A stretch of 64,000 bases of DNA from Candidatus Poribacteria bacterium (GTDB taxonomy: Bacteria > Poribacteria > WGA-4E > WGA-3G): contig OZ242349.1 in assembly GCA_965208635.1 (NCBI GenBank), positions 3,852,272 to 3,916,271 of the forward strand. Reading direction: 5' to 3'. The notes beneath the pieces are model-generated. The model had not been told where the DNA came from and ran no database searches. It saw only the letters and a list, made by a program, of their open reading frames with translations. Shown piece after piece: positions 1-8,459 of the stretch (position 1 is the first letter of the stretch; every line of letters begins with the position of its first letter). The position numbers and the translations under genes are program-made.

Positions 1-3
1 GGG

Positions 4-549
4 ATGTGGGAGGAAACCGGACACTTGATGAACGAGGCGACTCAGCACGCCGCAGATGCAAATATCGGAATGGGTGAGGCACTCGGTAGGCAACTGATTG
101 AAATGGACGCGCCCTATAACGCGTATAGTCTTCTGGCTTCCGCTGGTATCCAATACGGTGTTCCAATCACAGTGCACGTTGCTATCGGGACGGACATTAT
201 CCATCAGCATCCGTCTGCGAATGGTGCCGCTATCGGCGCAGCGAGTTTCACCGATTTCCGACTGCTAACGGCGTTGGTGACGGATTTGGAAGGTGGTGGC
301 GTCGTGCTGAATTTCGGATCGGCAGTAATATTGCCTGAAGTTTTCCTGAAGGCGTTGACGATCGCGCGGAACTTAGGACATACAGTGTCTCATTTCACCG
401 CCGCTAACTTCGACATGAATCAACAGTACCGATCCGTAGAGAATGTCGTCAAACGCCCGACAGAGATGGGTGGTAAAGGTTATACGTTCACAGGACATCA
501 TGAACTAATGATCCCACTTTTGGCGCAGGCGGTTTTGTCTCGGTTATAG
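4..549 (+). CDS. deoxyhypusine synthase-like protein, C-terminal part (5' end outside window)
   Basis: ORF runs in from the window edge. Segments 'GVPITVHVAIGTDIIHQHP', 'GGGVVLNFGSAVILPE' and 'HELMIPLLAQAV' resemble the C-terminal half of deoxyhypusine/homospermidine synthase-like proteins, recalled from memory. Confidence 0.4.
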   Translation: MWEETGHLMNEATQHAADANIGMGEALGRQLIEMDAPYNAYSLLASAGIQYGVPITVHVAIGTDIIHQHPSANGAAIGAASFTDFRLLTALVTDLEGGGVVLNFGSAVILPEVFLKALTIARNLGHTVSHFTAANFDMNQQYRSVENVVKRPTEMGGKGYTFTGHHELMIPLLAQAVLSRL

Positions 550-828
550 ATGGTGAGGTATATTTTTCTTCGAGAGTTCTATAGACTATTCTCCATTTGA
601 AAGGCGTACCAGTGAACCATTTCTGAGTCTTGATGTCCTTTTGAGCTCTACCAACGATGCCTGTATAGCTCGCAATCTTGGCAGGGAGGGGATATGTAAA
701 TAGATTCTTAGGAGTTTACCCCGTCTGACGCTATCCATGTTCTCACAATCTTCCAAAATTTCCCGATATATCGAATAATGCATCTTCAATTCCCCTAATC
801 TGTATGAGGCAAGTGTCCCTGAAACCGG

Positions 829-1377
829 TTATGACTTTTGCATAACGAGATCGCTGTAAGAAACAGCAATCGGGTCCACAGCATCCAGATGAAGTACGGC
901 TTTAACGTGTTGATGCTCACCTATCGCTTCGGCTTCGGTCTGTCCCCGAAACACTGTCTCCAATTCGACAAATTGCCCTAAAGCGGCAACCGTATCGAGA
1001 TGGATGCGGGTGTGGTTGAACATCCAGACTTCCCGTTGTTTTTTTACGATTGTTTTGACCCCAAGTGCAACGGTTAGCAAGCCTTTGAGGGAACCCGGAT
1101 CGGCGATCTCACAGAGTTGATATTGGCTGTAGCGAGACCCATCTTGATTCGGACGCTCATAATAGATGAGCCAACCCTCAGACCAGCCGTCAGCTTCGCG
1201 CAACTTGAGCCGCGGCTCACACGCTTCTGATCTTGAAGAGTCTTTTACTTTCGTTATATGGAAATACGTATCAATTTGGTGTACAGTTTCATGAGGCACC
1301 GCATTTAAATCAGTCAACCTCGGATAGAGTCCTTTAAGCGATTGAAACTGTCCTTTGAATTCTAAATTTTTTGCCAT
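829..1377 (-). CDS. CYTH-domain protein (class IV adenylyl cyclase / triphosphate tunnel metalloenzyme-like)
   Basis: 182 aa. N-terminal 'NLEFKGQF' fits the ExExK signature of CYTH domains, and the ~180 aa size is typical of CyaB/CYTH proteins. Confidence 0.4.
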   Translation of the reverse strand: MAKNLEFKGQFQSLKGLYPRLTDLNAVPHETVHQIDTYFHITKVKDSSRSEACEPRLKLREADGWSEGWLIYYERPNQDGSRYSQYQLCEIADPGSLKGLLTVALGVKTIVKKQREVWMFNHTRIHLDTVAALGQFVELETVFRGQTEAEAIGEHQHVKAVLHLDAVDPIAVSYSDLVMQKS

Positions 1378-1409
1378 TTTTAATATAGGTGGTATGCCAA
1401 AATTTGAGT

Positions 1410-1988
1410 TTAATCGTCCGGTTCATAGTCATAAACACAGGATCGGTTGCAAGGTTCATTGTTCTTAAGCAACGCACAGACTGGATGCTTTAGTTGTAAT
1501 GCACTCCGCAAGCATGTACGCAATTGCTCGGGATCGAAGTCCTCACCCCATATGTAGCTATAACCGCCTCCGTCCATCGTTGCCTGGGCACGCCCTTCAC
1601 TTGTGACGAGGACAACGATTTTGATATGCTTTTTATTTCTGCGAACATCGTTGAAAATCCGCCAATACCCTCGCGATGTCCAATCGAAAATAACCAAGCG
1701 ATAGCGAGCAAGTCGTAAAAAACTCGGGGCATCTTCAGCTTCAACAGCATCGTATCGGTATCCTTCAGCACGGAGCACCTCTTCCACCCTACGCCGGACA
1801 TTCGCGTGATAACTCACAAACAGCACATCGCCTTGAACTTGTGAGACACCTCGCGCTTCCTGAATATCGAGCGGGCCGAGTGCCATCTTAACTTGGCGTT
1901 GAAGTTGGTAACGGGCAACATGGGTCTGTCGATCTACCTGTTTCAATCGCTGCTGTAAGATGGAATAAGCGTCGGTGCGATGCTTCAT
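1410..1988 (-). CDS. receiver(REC)-like domain protein, paralog 1, with C-terminal Cys motif
   Basis: 192 aa. N-terminal coiled coil, REC-like core ('DVLFVS', 'LVIFDW', 'KIVVLVTSEG'), conserved 'DFDPEQLRTCL' and a 'C..........CNRSCV' tail. Clearly paralogous to the upstream ORF. Its start overlaps the neighbour's stop as ATGA. Confidence 0.55.
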   Translation of the reverse strand: MKHRTDAYSILQQRLKQVDRQTHVARYQLQRQVKMALGPLDIQEARGVSQVQGDVLFVSYHANVRRRVEEVLRAEGYRYDAVEAEDAPSFLRLARYRLVIFDWTSRGYWRIFNDVRRNKKHIKIVVLVTSEGRAQATMDGGGYSYIWGEDFDPEQLRTCLRSALQLKHPVCALLKNNEPCNRSCVYDYEPDD

Positions 1989-2584
1989 TCAATCTCTCCG
2001 AAATCCTCATCGGACTGGAAACTATCGACGCACGAGCGATTGCAACGCTCTCCGTGCGCTAACAACCAGCAGACACGATGCTTCAATTTTAGCGAACTTA
2101 TGAGACAGGTGCGCAACTGCTCTGGATCAAAATCCCGTCCCATTAGGAAACTGTAGCTGCCCCATGCCATCGCTTCGCGTGCGCTTCCGTCATTGGGAAC
2201 AATTGTGATAATCTTCACATAAGGTTGGTACCGCTTGACATATTCAAAAAGCCGCCATCGCGACCGACGGGTGCAATCGGCAATTATCATCCGATATTTG
2301 TTTAATTTCAGCAAACCGATGGCTTCCGAGGTCCGTTCTGGAATATCGCACCCGTAGCCCTCGGAACGGAGAAGGTTTCTCACTTTGTCGTGTAAATCAT
2401 CGTCCCGTGAAACGAGCATCACATCGCCTTCCAATTCAGAGACGGTGAAGTCCTCCTGAATATCAAGTGGGATGAGTGCCTCTTCTACTTGTCGGTCAAG
2501 ACGCCTACGCGCCTGTCGCATCCGATCCTCTACGCGATCAAGTCTGTCGTCTAAATCTGGGAGTGGAGTAAAAAATTTTCTCAT
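1985..2584 (-). CDS. receiver(REC)-like domain protein, paralog 2, with C-terminal Cys motif
   Basis: 199 aa. Same architecture as 1410-1988 ('DVMLVS', 'MIIADC', 'KIITIVPNDG', 'DFDPEQLRTCL', 'CNRSCV'). Confidence 0.55.
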   Translation of the reverse strand: MRKFFTPLPDLDDRLDRVEDRMRQARRRLDRQVEEALIPLDIQEDFTVSELEGDVMLVSRDDDLHDKVRNLLRSEGYGCDIPERTSEAIGLLKLNKYRMIIADCTRRSRWRLFEYVKRYQPYVKIITIVPNDGSAREAMAWGSYSFLMGRDFDPEQLRTCLISSLKLKHRVCWLLAHGERCNRSCVDSFQSDEDFGEIE

Positions 2585-2691
2585 TTCGTTTTATCTGTTT
2601 ATTCAAACCAATACTTATTCACAAATGAGACTAACTGAGGAATATCTTATTAATTTTAACGCACCTTATGACACATATCAAGGGTTTTTTG

Positions 2692-2720
2692 TTGATAAAA
2701 ACCGCGAAATCCCCTAAAAT
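2692..2720 (+). promoter_or_regulatory. sigma70-like promoter (TTGATA-17-TAAAAT) for the 2833 gene
   Basis: Near-consensus -35 and -10 hexamers with a 17-nt spacer, about 110 nt upstream of the CDS in an AT-rich divergent spacer. Confidence 0.45.
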
Positions 2721-2832
2721 CTCAACATGGGAAATCGGCGAGCAACTATATGAGTCATCAGTTATCAGTTTAAAGAGGGGTTTCGTTTAACCACAAACCT
2801 CACTGTAACGCTTAACTGTTAAGGATAAAAAA

Positions 2833-3873
2833 ATGTCTGTACCCCAACTACCCATCCCATCCCATTTCGATACCGATCAGGTAGACCAGGTCTGGCGGAT
2901 CCCTTATCAAGATCGCCAACGCGAGGCACAGATATGGGCGCAGGAACACGCAATCCGCCCCGCATTTGAGGATAGCTTTCGGACCTGCTTGCTACTCATT
3001 GATGTCCAAAATACATTCTGTATTCCCAATTTTGAACTTTTCGTCGGCGGCAGATCAGGAAATGGTGCGGTAGAGGACAACATTCGTTTGTGTCAGTTTA
3101 TCTATCGCAATCTACCACACATTACCAAAATCGCTTGCACACTCGACACGCATACAGCGATGCAGATATTTCACGAAGTCTTCTGGATTAACGATGCCGG
3201 TGAGCATCCAGCACCCTTACAGACCCTAATTACGCAGGCTGATATTGAGGTAGGTAGATGGTGTATAAATCCTGCTGTTGTCGGTAGTCTGAATCTCCCA
3301 CCCCAAGTTCCAGAATCCGATCAATACGCATGGCTCAAGGCGTACGGCGAACACTACGTCAAGACACTCACTACCGATGGAAAATATCCGCTCGCGATAT
3401 GGCCCTACCATGCGATGCTCGGCGGGATTGGGCATGCAGTTGTTTCCGCAGTTGACGAAGCCTGCTTTTTCCACGCTATTGCTCGTGGGACTCAGGTACA
3501 CTATGAGATCAAGGGGCAGAATCCATTGACTGAGAACTATTCGGTCTTGCGTCCGGAAGTCCTCAACGACCCAGGTGGAGAGCCAATTGACCAAAGGAAC
3601 AGCACCTTCCTCGAAATGCTCTTCGGATACGACCGAGTGATTATCGCTGGACAGGCGAAGAGCCACTGTGTTGCTTGGACTGTTAGTGATCTCCTTACAG
3701 AAATTCAGCAAACGGATACTGAATTAGCCAAGAAAATTTATCTGGTAGATGACCTGACTTCACCCGTTGTGGTGCCTGGGATAGTGGACTACACAGAATC
3801 AGCAGACGATGCTTTCACAAAGTTTTCGGATGCTGGCATGCACGTGGTGCAATCAACAGAACCGATCTTTTAA
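2833..3873 (+). CDS. isochorismatase-family cysteine hydrolase (nicotinamidase-like), enlarged 346 aa
   Basis: 'LLLIDVQNTFC' metal/Asp motif and the catalytic Cys context 'AGQAKSHCVAWT' are typical of isochorismatase/PncA-like hydrolases. Long insertion relative to the canonical ~200-aa fold. Confidence 0.6.
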   Translation: MSVPQLPIPSHFDTDQVDQVWRIPYQDRQREAQIWAQEHAIRPAFEDSFRTCLLLIDVQNTFCIPNFELFVGGRSGNGAVEDNIRLCQFIYRNLPHITKIACTLDTHTAMQIFHEVFWINDAGEHPAPLQTLITQADIEVGRWCINPAVVGSLNLPPQVPESDQYAWLKAYGEHYVKTLTTDGKYPLAIWPYHAMLGGIGHAVVSAVDEACFFHAIARGTQVHYEIKGQNPLTENYSVLRPEVLNDPGGEPIDQRNSTFLEMLFGYDRVIIAGQAKSHCVAWTVSDLLTEIQQTDTELAKKIYLVDDLTSPVVVPGIVDYTESADDAFTKFSDAGMHVVQSTEPIF

Positions 3874-3887
3874 GGAATCAGTAAAAA

Positions 3888-5147
3888 ATGAATAGACAAA
3901 CAGAATTGGGAACCTTCGCACGATTGTCAGGAATGATGTTTCTGCAGTTCGCGATATGGGGCGCGTGGGCAGTGCTCATTGCCGGGCACATGCAAAATCT
4001 TGGGTTCTCCGGTAAACAGATTAGTTACGTCTTCGGTACGACTGCCATCGGTGCGATAGTTTCTCCAATCATCGCAGGTTGGATCGCGGATCGACTCATG
4101 CCAGCACAAGTATTTGCAGCGATATCGCATCTCCTTGGTGGTGTCTGTCTGCTCTTTGCATGGAAGCAAACAAGTTTCCCGATGATGTGGGGTGCGATTT
4201 TCCTGCACGCCATTCTCTACATGCCGACAATCGCCTTGACGAACGCGATCGCTTTCCACCACATGGGTCAGTCGGACAAATTCGGAAACATACGCGTCTT
4301 CGGGACGCTCGGTTGGATCGCGATTAATTGGATATTGAGTCTATATCTCCGATTTTGGGAAGGACAGGAAACAACCCTTCCACACGTCGGTGATTGTCTT
4401 CTCTTCGGAGCCGTCCTTTCATTCATTATGGGTGCCTACTGCTTAACGCTCCCCAACACGCCACCGAGTAAAGAGGCGAAAAACCCCTATGCCTTTCTTG
4501 AAGCCTTTTCCCTCGTCTCAAACCGAAACTTCGCTGTACTGCTGATTATCTCCTTCGTCGTTGCTATTGAACTTCCCTTCTATTACAACTTGACATATCT
4601 GTTTCTAACCGAGGCAGAACACGGCGTTGATTTAGCGGGAAGTAGTGCCAATTTAGCGATGAGTCTCGGCCAAGTGGCAGAGGTGCTGCTAATGCTCCTT
4701 CTATTTCCGTGTCTACGGCGGTTTGGCATGCGGTTCACTATCTTTTTGGGTATTCTTGCGTGGCCCGTTCGTTACGCCATCTTCGCCATTGGACAACCCG
4801 TATGGTTGGTAATCGGCGCGCAAACCTTGCACGGTATCTGTTACTCCTTCTTCTTCGTCGGTGGAATGATCGCTGTAGAGCGGTTGAGTCCGCAAGATAT
4901 TCGAGCGAGCTCTCAATCCCTGCTCCTCTTTGTCACTAATGGGTTTGGGATGTTAGTTGGACATATTGTGAGTGGTCGCGTGCATGACTTCTTCGCTTAT
5001 GCAGAAGGTGGACACGCGTGGGCGAAAATCTTTATGGTGCCGATTATCGTGACGGTCCTCGCTGCAATCGTTTTCATCTTGTTATTCAACGAACAGAAAT
5101 ATCAGTCGGATGCAGATGCAATCGAACAAGACCCTGCGGGCACATAA
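3888..5147 (+). CDS. nucleoside:H+ symporter (NHS family, NupG/XapB-like MFS transporter)
   Basis: Blocks align with E. coli NupG: 'MFLQFAIWGAW', 'YMPTIALTNAIAF', 'FGNIRVFGTLGWI', 'IRASSQSLLLFVTNGFGMLVGHIVSGRV'. About 12 TM helices, 419 aa. Confidence 0.8.
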   Translation: MNRQTELGTFARLSGMMFLQFAIWGAWAVLIAGHMQNLGFSGKQISYVFGTTAIGAIVSPIIAGWIADRLMPAQVFAAISHLLGGVCLLFAWKQTSFPMMWGAIFLHAILYMPTIALTNAIAFHHMGQSDKFGNIRVFGTLGWIAINWILSLYLRFWEGQETTLPHVGDCLLFGAVLSFIMGAYCLTLPNTPPSKEAKNPYAFLEAFSLVSNRNFAVLLIISFVVAIELPFYYNLTYLFLTEAEHGVDLAGSSANLAMSLGQVAEVLLMLLLFPCLRRFGMRFTIFLGILAWPVRYAIFAIGQPVWLVIGAQTLHGICYSFFFVGGMIAVERLSPQDIRASSQSLLLFVTNGFGMLVGHIVSGRVHDFFAYAEGGHAWAKIFMVPIIVTVLAAIVFILLFNEQKYQSDADAIEQDPAGT

Positions 5148-5316
5148 TGGTTCTCGGATTTCGGTTATCAGTATGTGGCAGCTGCAAAGATTTTATATTC
5201 CACGATGGTTTCTGGTAAAGTTAGTGACCCTTCATAACCTAATGTAGGTTCTCTACTTAGGTGGAAACCACTGCGAAACGTAGTGGAGCAGTGACCAGAT
5301 TCCCATAGTTAAAAAA

Positions 5317-8115
5317 ATGTTTGATTTTCGAGCTCCACTCTTCCTAATTCTACTCGCTGTGATCCCTGTGCTAATCTTTGTGCAACGGGGAGCACGCCTC
5401 AGCACAGCAAAGTGGCGAAAACGCGTAACCTTCTTTCTTAGGGGTGCTGCGCTTCTCTGTGCAATCCTTGCCTTAGCCAATCTGCACCGGACGCGTCAGG
5501 AACAACGTCTCGCTGTCGTTTTCTTGATCGACGCGTCTGAAAGCATCCAGCCCACGCAATACGAAGAGACATCCAAACAGATAAACGCCACGATCGCAAA
5601 GTTGAAATCAACTGACAAATTCGGCATCATCGGTTTTGCAAGGGAAGCCGCGGTCCTACTGGAAATCCGTCACAAACAAGATCAGCCAACGGAAATCGCG
5701 CCTATAGTGTCCTTGGAAACACTCACAGAACGCACAAATCGACGAAATGGCACCAATGTGCTTACGGCACTCAAGCAGGCAATCGCCCTATTACCGGACA
5801 ACTACCATCGACGGATAGTCCTATTTAGCGATGGAATCCACAACACTGGCGGAACATCACTTAAAAACTATATACCCTTGATCTCAGCAAGCGACATCGA
5901 GATATTAACGGTCCCTCTCGGTACTGTTAACGATGCAGTTCGGGTAGTACAGGTACAGATGCCGTCTCAGGTTCGCAAGGGACAAAGTTTTGAGATTGGT
6001 GCAGTGATCGAAACTGATGGAAGTATCCCCACGTTAACTGCCACCCTCTATCGCGATGAAAGGTCCATCGGTGAGTATGAATGGACATTGCTAAGCGGTA
6101 TACATCCCCTTACGTTAACCACAGAACAGTCTTTAAAAGAAGGAAACCATAGATATACACTGAGGCTGGATGTAACCGATGAAATCCCTGAAAATAATCA
6201 GGGACACGGGGTTGTGACAATTCAGGATAAACCACACGCTCTGTACGTTGAAGGAAATTTGGCACACGCTGCGGTTTCCCCAGGTCCGGTAGGTGCGGTT
6301 TCTAACCGCCCTGAGCGTCATGCTAAACTGGAAACCGTCCTTGAGGAGAACGGCTTCGTCGTCGAGGCAATATCCCCTACAGAGATGCCAGCGGAATTGG
6401 TGGAACTCCAGCGTAGCCATGTCTTGATTCTGAGTAATGTTTCTGCGGAGACACTCTCATCTGAACAGTTGCAAAGTATTGAGAATTATGTTCGTGATCT
6501 CGGACACGGATTAGTGGTCATCGGTGGTGGACGTGCTTATGGACCCGGAGGCTATACCGATACGGCGTTGGAGCGTGTATTACCCGTAGAAATGACACCC
6601 CGTGAACGTAAAGACGCTGTCGCGATTGTTTTCGTGCTGGATACATCGGGGAGTATGGCAAACTACGTTGAGGCGCGGCAGAAGATTGGACTCGCCATTG
6701 AAGGCGTGCGTACCGGTATCCGCAATCTCGATGAGGAAGATAAGGCTGGGATTCTCAGTTTCAACGTAGATGTTCATACTATCTCCGACCTTACATCTGA
6801 TCACGATGTACTCCGCCAAACCGTGGGTCGGCTTAGACCGACAGGCGGCACCACGAAAATGGAAGACGCTACAAAACGGGCATACGAGATGCTCAAAGCA
6901 AACGACGCGAAGCGGAAACACATCGTTCTCTTGTCAGATGGTAAATCTGATGGTAATACGTCCGATTTCCTTGACTTAGCCAAACAGATTGCTGAAGCGC
7001 GCATCAGTATCACGACAATCGCGATCGGTGATGCAAACAAGGAACTCCTCACGCAGTTCGCAGAGAACGGTGGTGGACGTGCTGTCTTTGTGGAAAATAT
7101 TCAGCAATTGCCAGCGATTTTAACGGAAGCCGTCCGAGAAACGCAGCGCTACATCGTTCAAGAGACCTTTCAACCCGTTATTACCGCGGCAAATGAATCA
7201 ATTGTGGCGGGTATACGAACGCCGCCACCGCTCCATGGATATGTTGCCACGGCTGAAAAAGAGACTGCCCAGGTGTTCATTCATTCGCATAAAGACGAAC
7301 CGATTCTCGCAGGTTGGAATTTCGGCTTAGGGAAATCGATCGCTTGGACATCAGATGTTAAATCGGCATGGTCAAAAGAGTGGCTTCCGTGGCACAATTT
7401 TGGAAAGTTTTGGGGACAAGTTATTAATTGGACGTTACCCGCTATAGATGCAGGTTCCGACTTCGATCTCAGAGTATCCATGCACCACGGCGTGGCGGAG
7501 GTCAACATTGATACACGGACACCATCGGAGGCGTCTTATAATGTCCACGTCGTGGGTCCAGATCGCACAAGCGAGATGGTTGAGATCCAACAGGTTACAC
7601 CGACACGTTACAGCGGTACATTCCAAATGCAGGACAGTGGCTCCTATATTGTCACTGCTGGGCGTGAAGGCGATACGCGTAGAAGCATCGAGACCCTGTC
7701 GCTCCCTTATCCAGCGGAGTACGCCGAGTTTAGGGTCGATACCACCTCGTTAAAGATGCTCACAACTGCCACCGCTGGTATTCACGAACCTACAGCCACA
7801 CAGATAGCGGCACCGGCGGGGGAGGCGATTGAAAGACAAACTTCACTTGCCCAAGCGCTGTTAGTTATCGCTGCCATTCTGTTTGTGTTGGAGATGATCC
7901 TCCGGCGTTTCAGCATAACGAATAGGTATCTTGCGGCGTTTCTCGATCGATTCCGCGGGAAATCCGTGGGTAGTCCGGCAGAGGCTCAGGTCATAAACGC
8001 ACCATTGGAAAATCCCATGCCATCGGATAGACGCATCACAGAAGACACAGTATCTTCACAGTCCACAGAGACATCAATGACTCGGTTATTAGCCGCTAAA
8101 AGACGCGCGCGTTGA
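5317..8115 (+). CDS. BatA-like membrane protein with two von Willebrand factor A domains
   Basis: N-terminal TM, 'VVFLIDASESI' and 'IVFVLDTSGSM' vWA MIDAS-type motifs, C-terminal TM helix. 932 aa. Confidence 0.7.
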   Translation: MFDFRAPLFLILLAVIPVLIFVQRGARLSTAKWRKRVTFFLRGAALLCAILALANLHRTRQEQRLAVVFLIDASESIQPTQYEETSKQINATIAKLKSTDKFGIIGFAREAAVLLEIRHKQDQPTEIAPIVSLETLTERTNRRNGTNVLTALKQAIALLPDNYHRRIVLFSDGIHNTGGTSLKNYIPLISASDIEILTVPLGTVNDAVRVVQVQMPSQVRKGQSFEIGAVIETDGSIPTLTATLYRDERSIGEYEWTLLSGIHPLTLTTEQSLKEGNHRYTLRLDVTDEIPENNQGHGVVTIQDKPHALYVEGNLAHAAVSPGPVGAVSNRPERHAKLETVLEENGFVVEAISPTEMPAELVELQRSHVLILSNVSAETLSSEQLQSIENYVRDLGHGLVVIGGGRAYGPGGYTDTALERVLPVEMTPRERKDAVAIVFVLDTSGSMANYVEARQKIGLAIEGVRTGIRNLDEEDKAGILSFNVDVHTISDLTSDHDVLRQTVGRLRPTGGTTKMEDATKRAYEMLKANDAKRKHIVLLSDGKSDGNTSDFLDLAKQIAEARISITTIAIGDANKELLTQFAENGGGRAVFVENIQQLPAILTEAVRETQRYIVQETFQPVITAANESIVAGIRTPPPLHGYVATAEKETAQVFIHSHKDEPILAGWNFGLGKSIAWTSDVKSAWSKEWLPWHNFGKFWGQVINWTLPAIDAGSDFDLRVSMHHGVAEVNIDTRTPSEASYNVHVVGPDRTSEMVEIQQVTPTRYSGTFQMQDSGSYIVTAGREGDTRRSIETLSLPYPAEYAEFRVDTTSLKMLTTATAGIHEPTATQIAAPAGEAIERQTSLAQALLVIAAILFVLEMILRRFSITNRYLAAFLDRFRGKSVGSPAEAQVINAPLENPMPSDRRITEDTVSSQSTETSMTRLLAAKRRAR
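6270..6313. repeat. degenerate copy (~1.5 units) of palindromic repeat family A, embedded in-frame in the vWA CDS
   Basis: 'gctgcggtttcccc...ccggtaggtgcggtttctaaccgccctg' shares a 17-nt identical run with the intergenic palindromes at 8240 and 18346. It encodes 'AAVSPGPVGAVSNRPE'. Confidence 0.55.
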
Positions 8116-8239
8116 TAGTGTGGAATTTCGTTAGGAGGGATGAATTATTATAACCCAAGTTGCTACCAACAGATTTTGCACATTTCAGAAAGGTTTTTTC
8201 AGTCTTTTTTCACACCCCAGAGGGGTGATAGGTCTATAG

Positions 8240-8270
8240 CCGGTAGGTGCGGTTTCCCAACCGCACCGGA
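8240..8270. repeat. palindromic repeat family A (ccggtaggtgcggtttcccaaccgcaccgg)
   Basis: Perfect 9-bp stem ggtgcggtt/aaccgcacc with a tccc loop, 125 nt downstream of the vWA gene. Identical copy at 18346-18374. Confidence 0.8.
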
Positions 8271-8381
8271 TGTAATCATGGAATTACCGAAATATTTTAT
8301 TAATCTTCATACAGTTTGCGATATGAAAACGTAGAAAACCTCGTAACTAAAATCTTTTAGGCAACAGTTCGCGTTATACTA

Positions 8382-8431
8382 AAACCCAACACCTCAATCC
8401 TACTTAGTTCGTATTATGAGGTGTTGGGTTT
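8382..8431 (-). terminator. putative terminator hairpin downstream of the PhoX-family gene
   Basis: 15-bp perfect stem aaacccaacacctca/tgaggtgttgggttt with a 20-nt loop. Followed on the minus strand by a short U-run (tttt). Confidence 0.4.
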
Positions 8432-8459
8432 CACATATCTTTGGAAAGTTTTCAGCGAG

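Noticed and set aside
586-789. 67-aa minus-strand ORF between convergent genes
   Set aside because: No RBS, no motifs, and it lies in a convergent terminator region.
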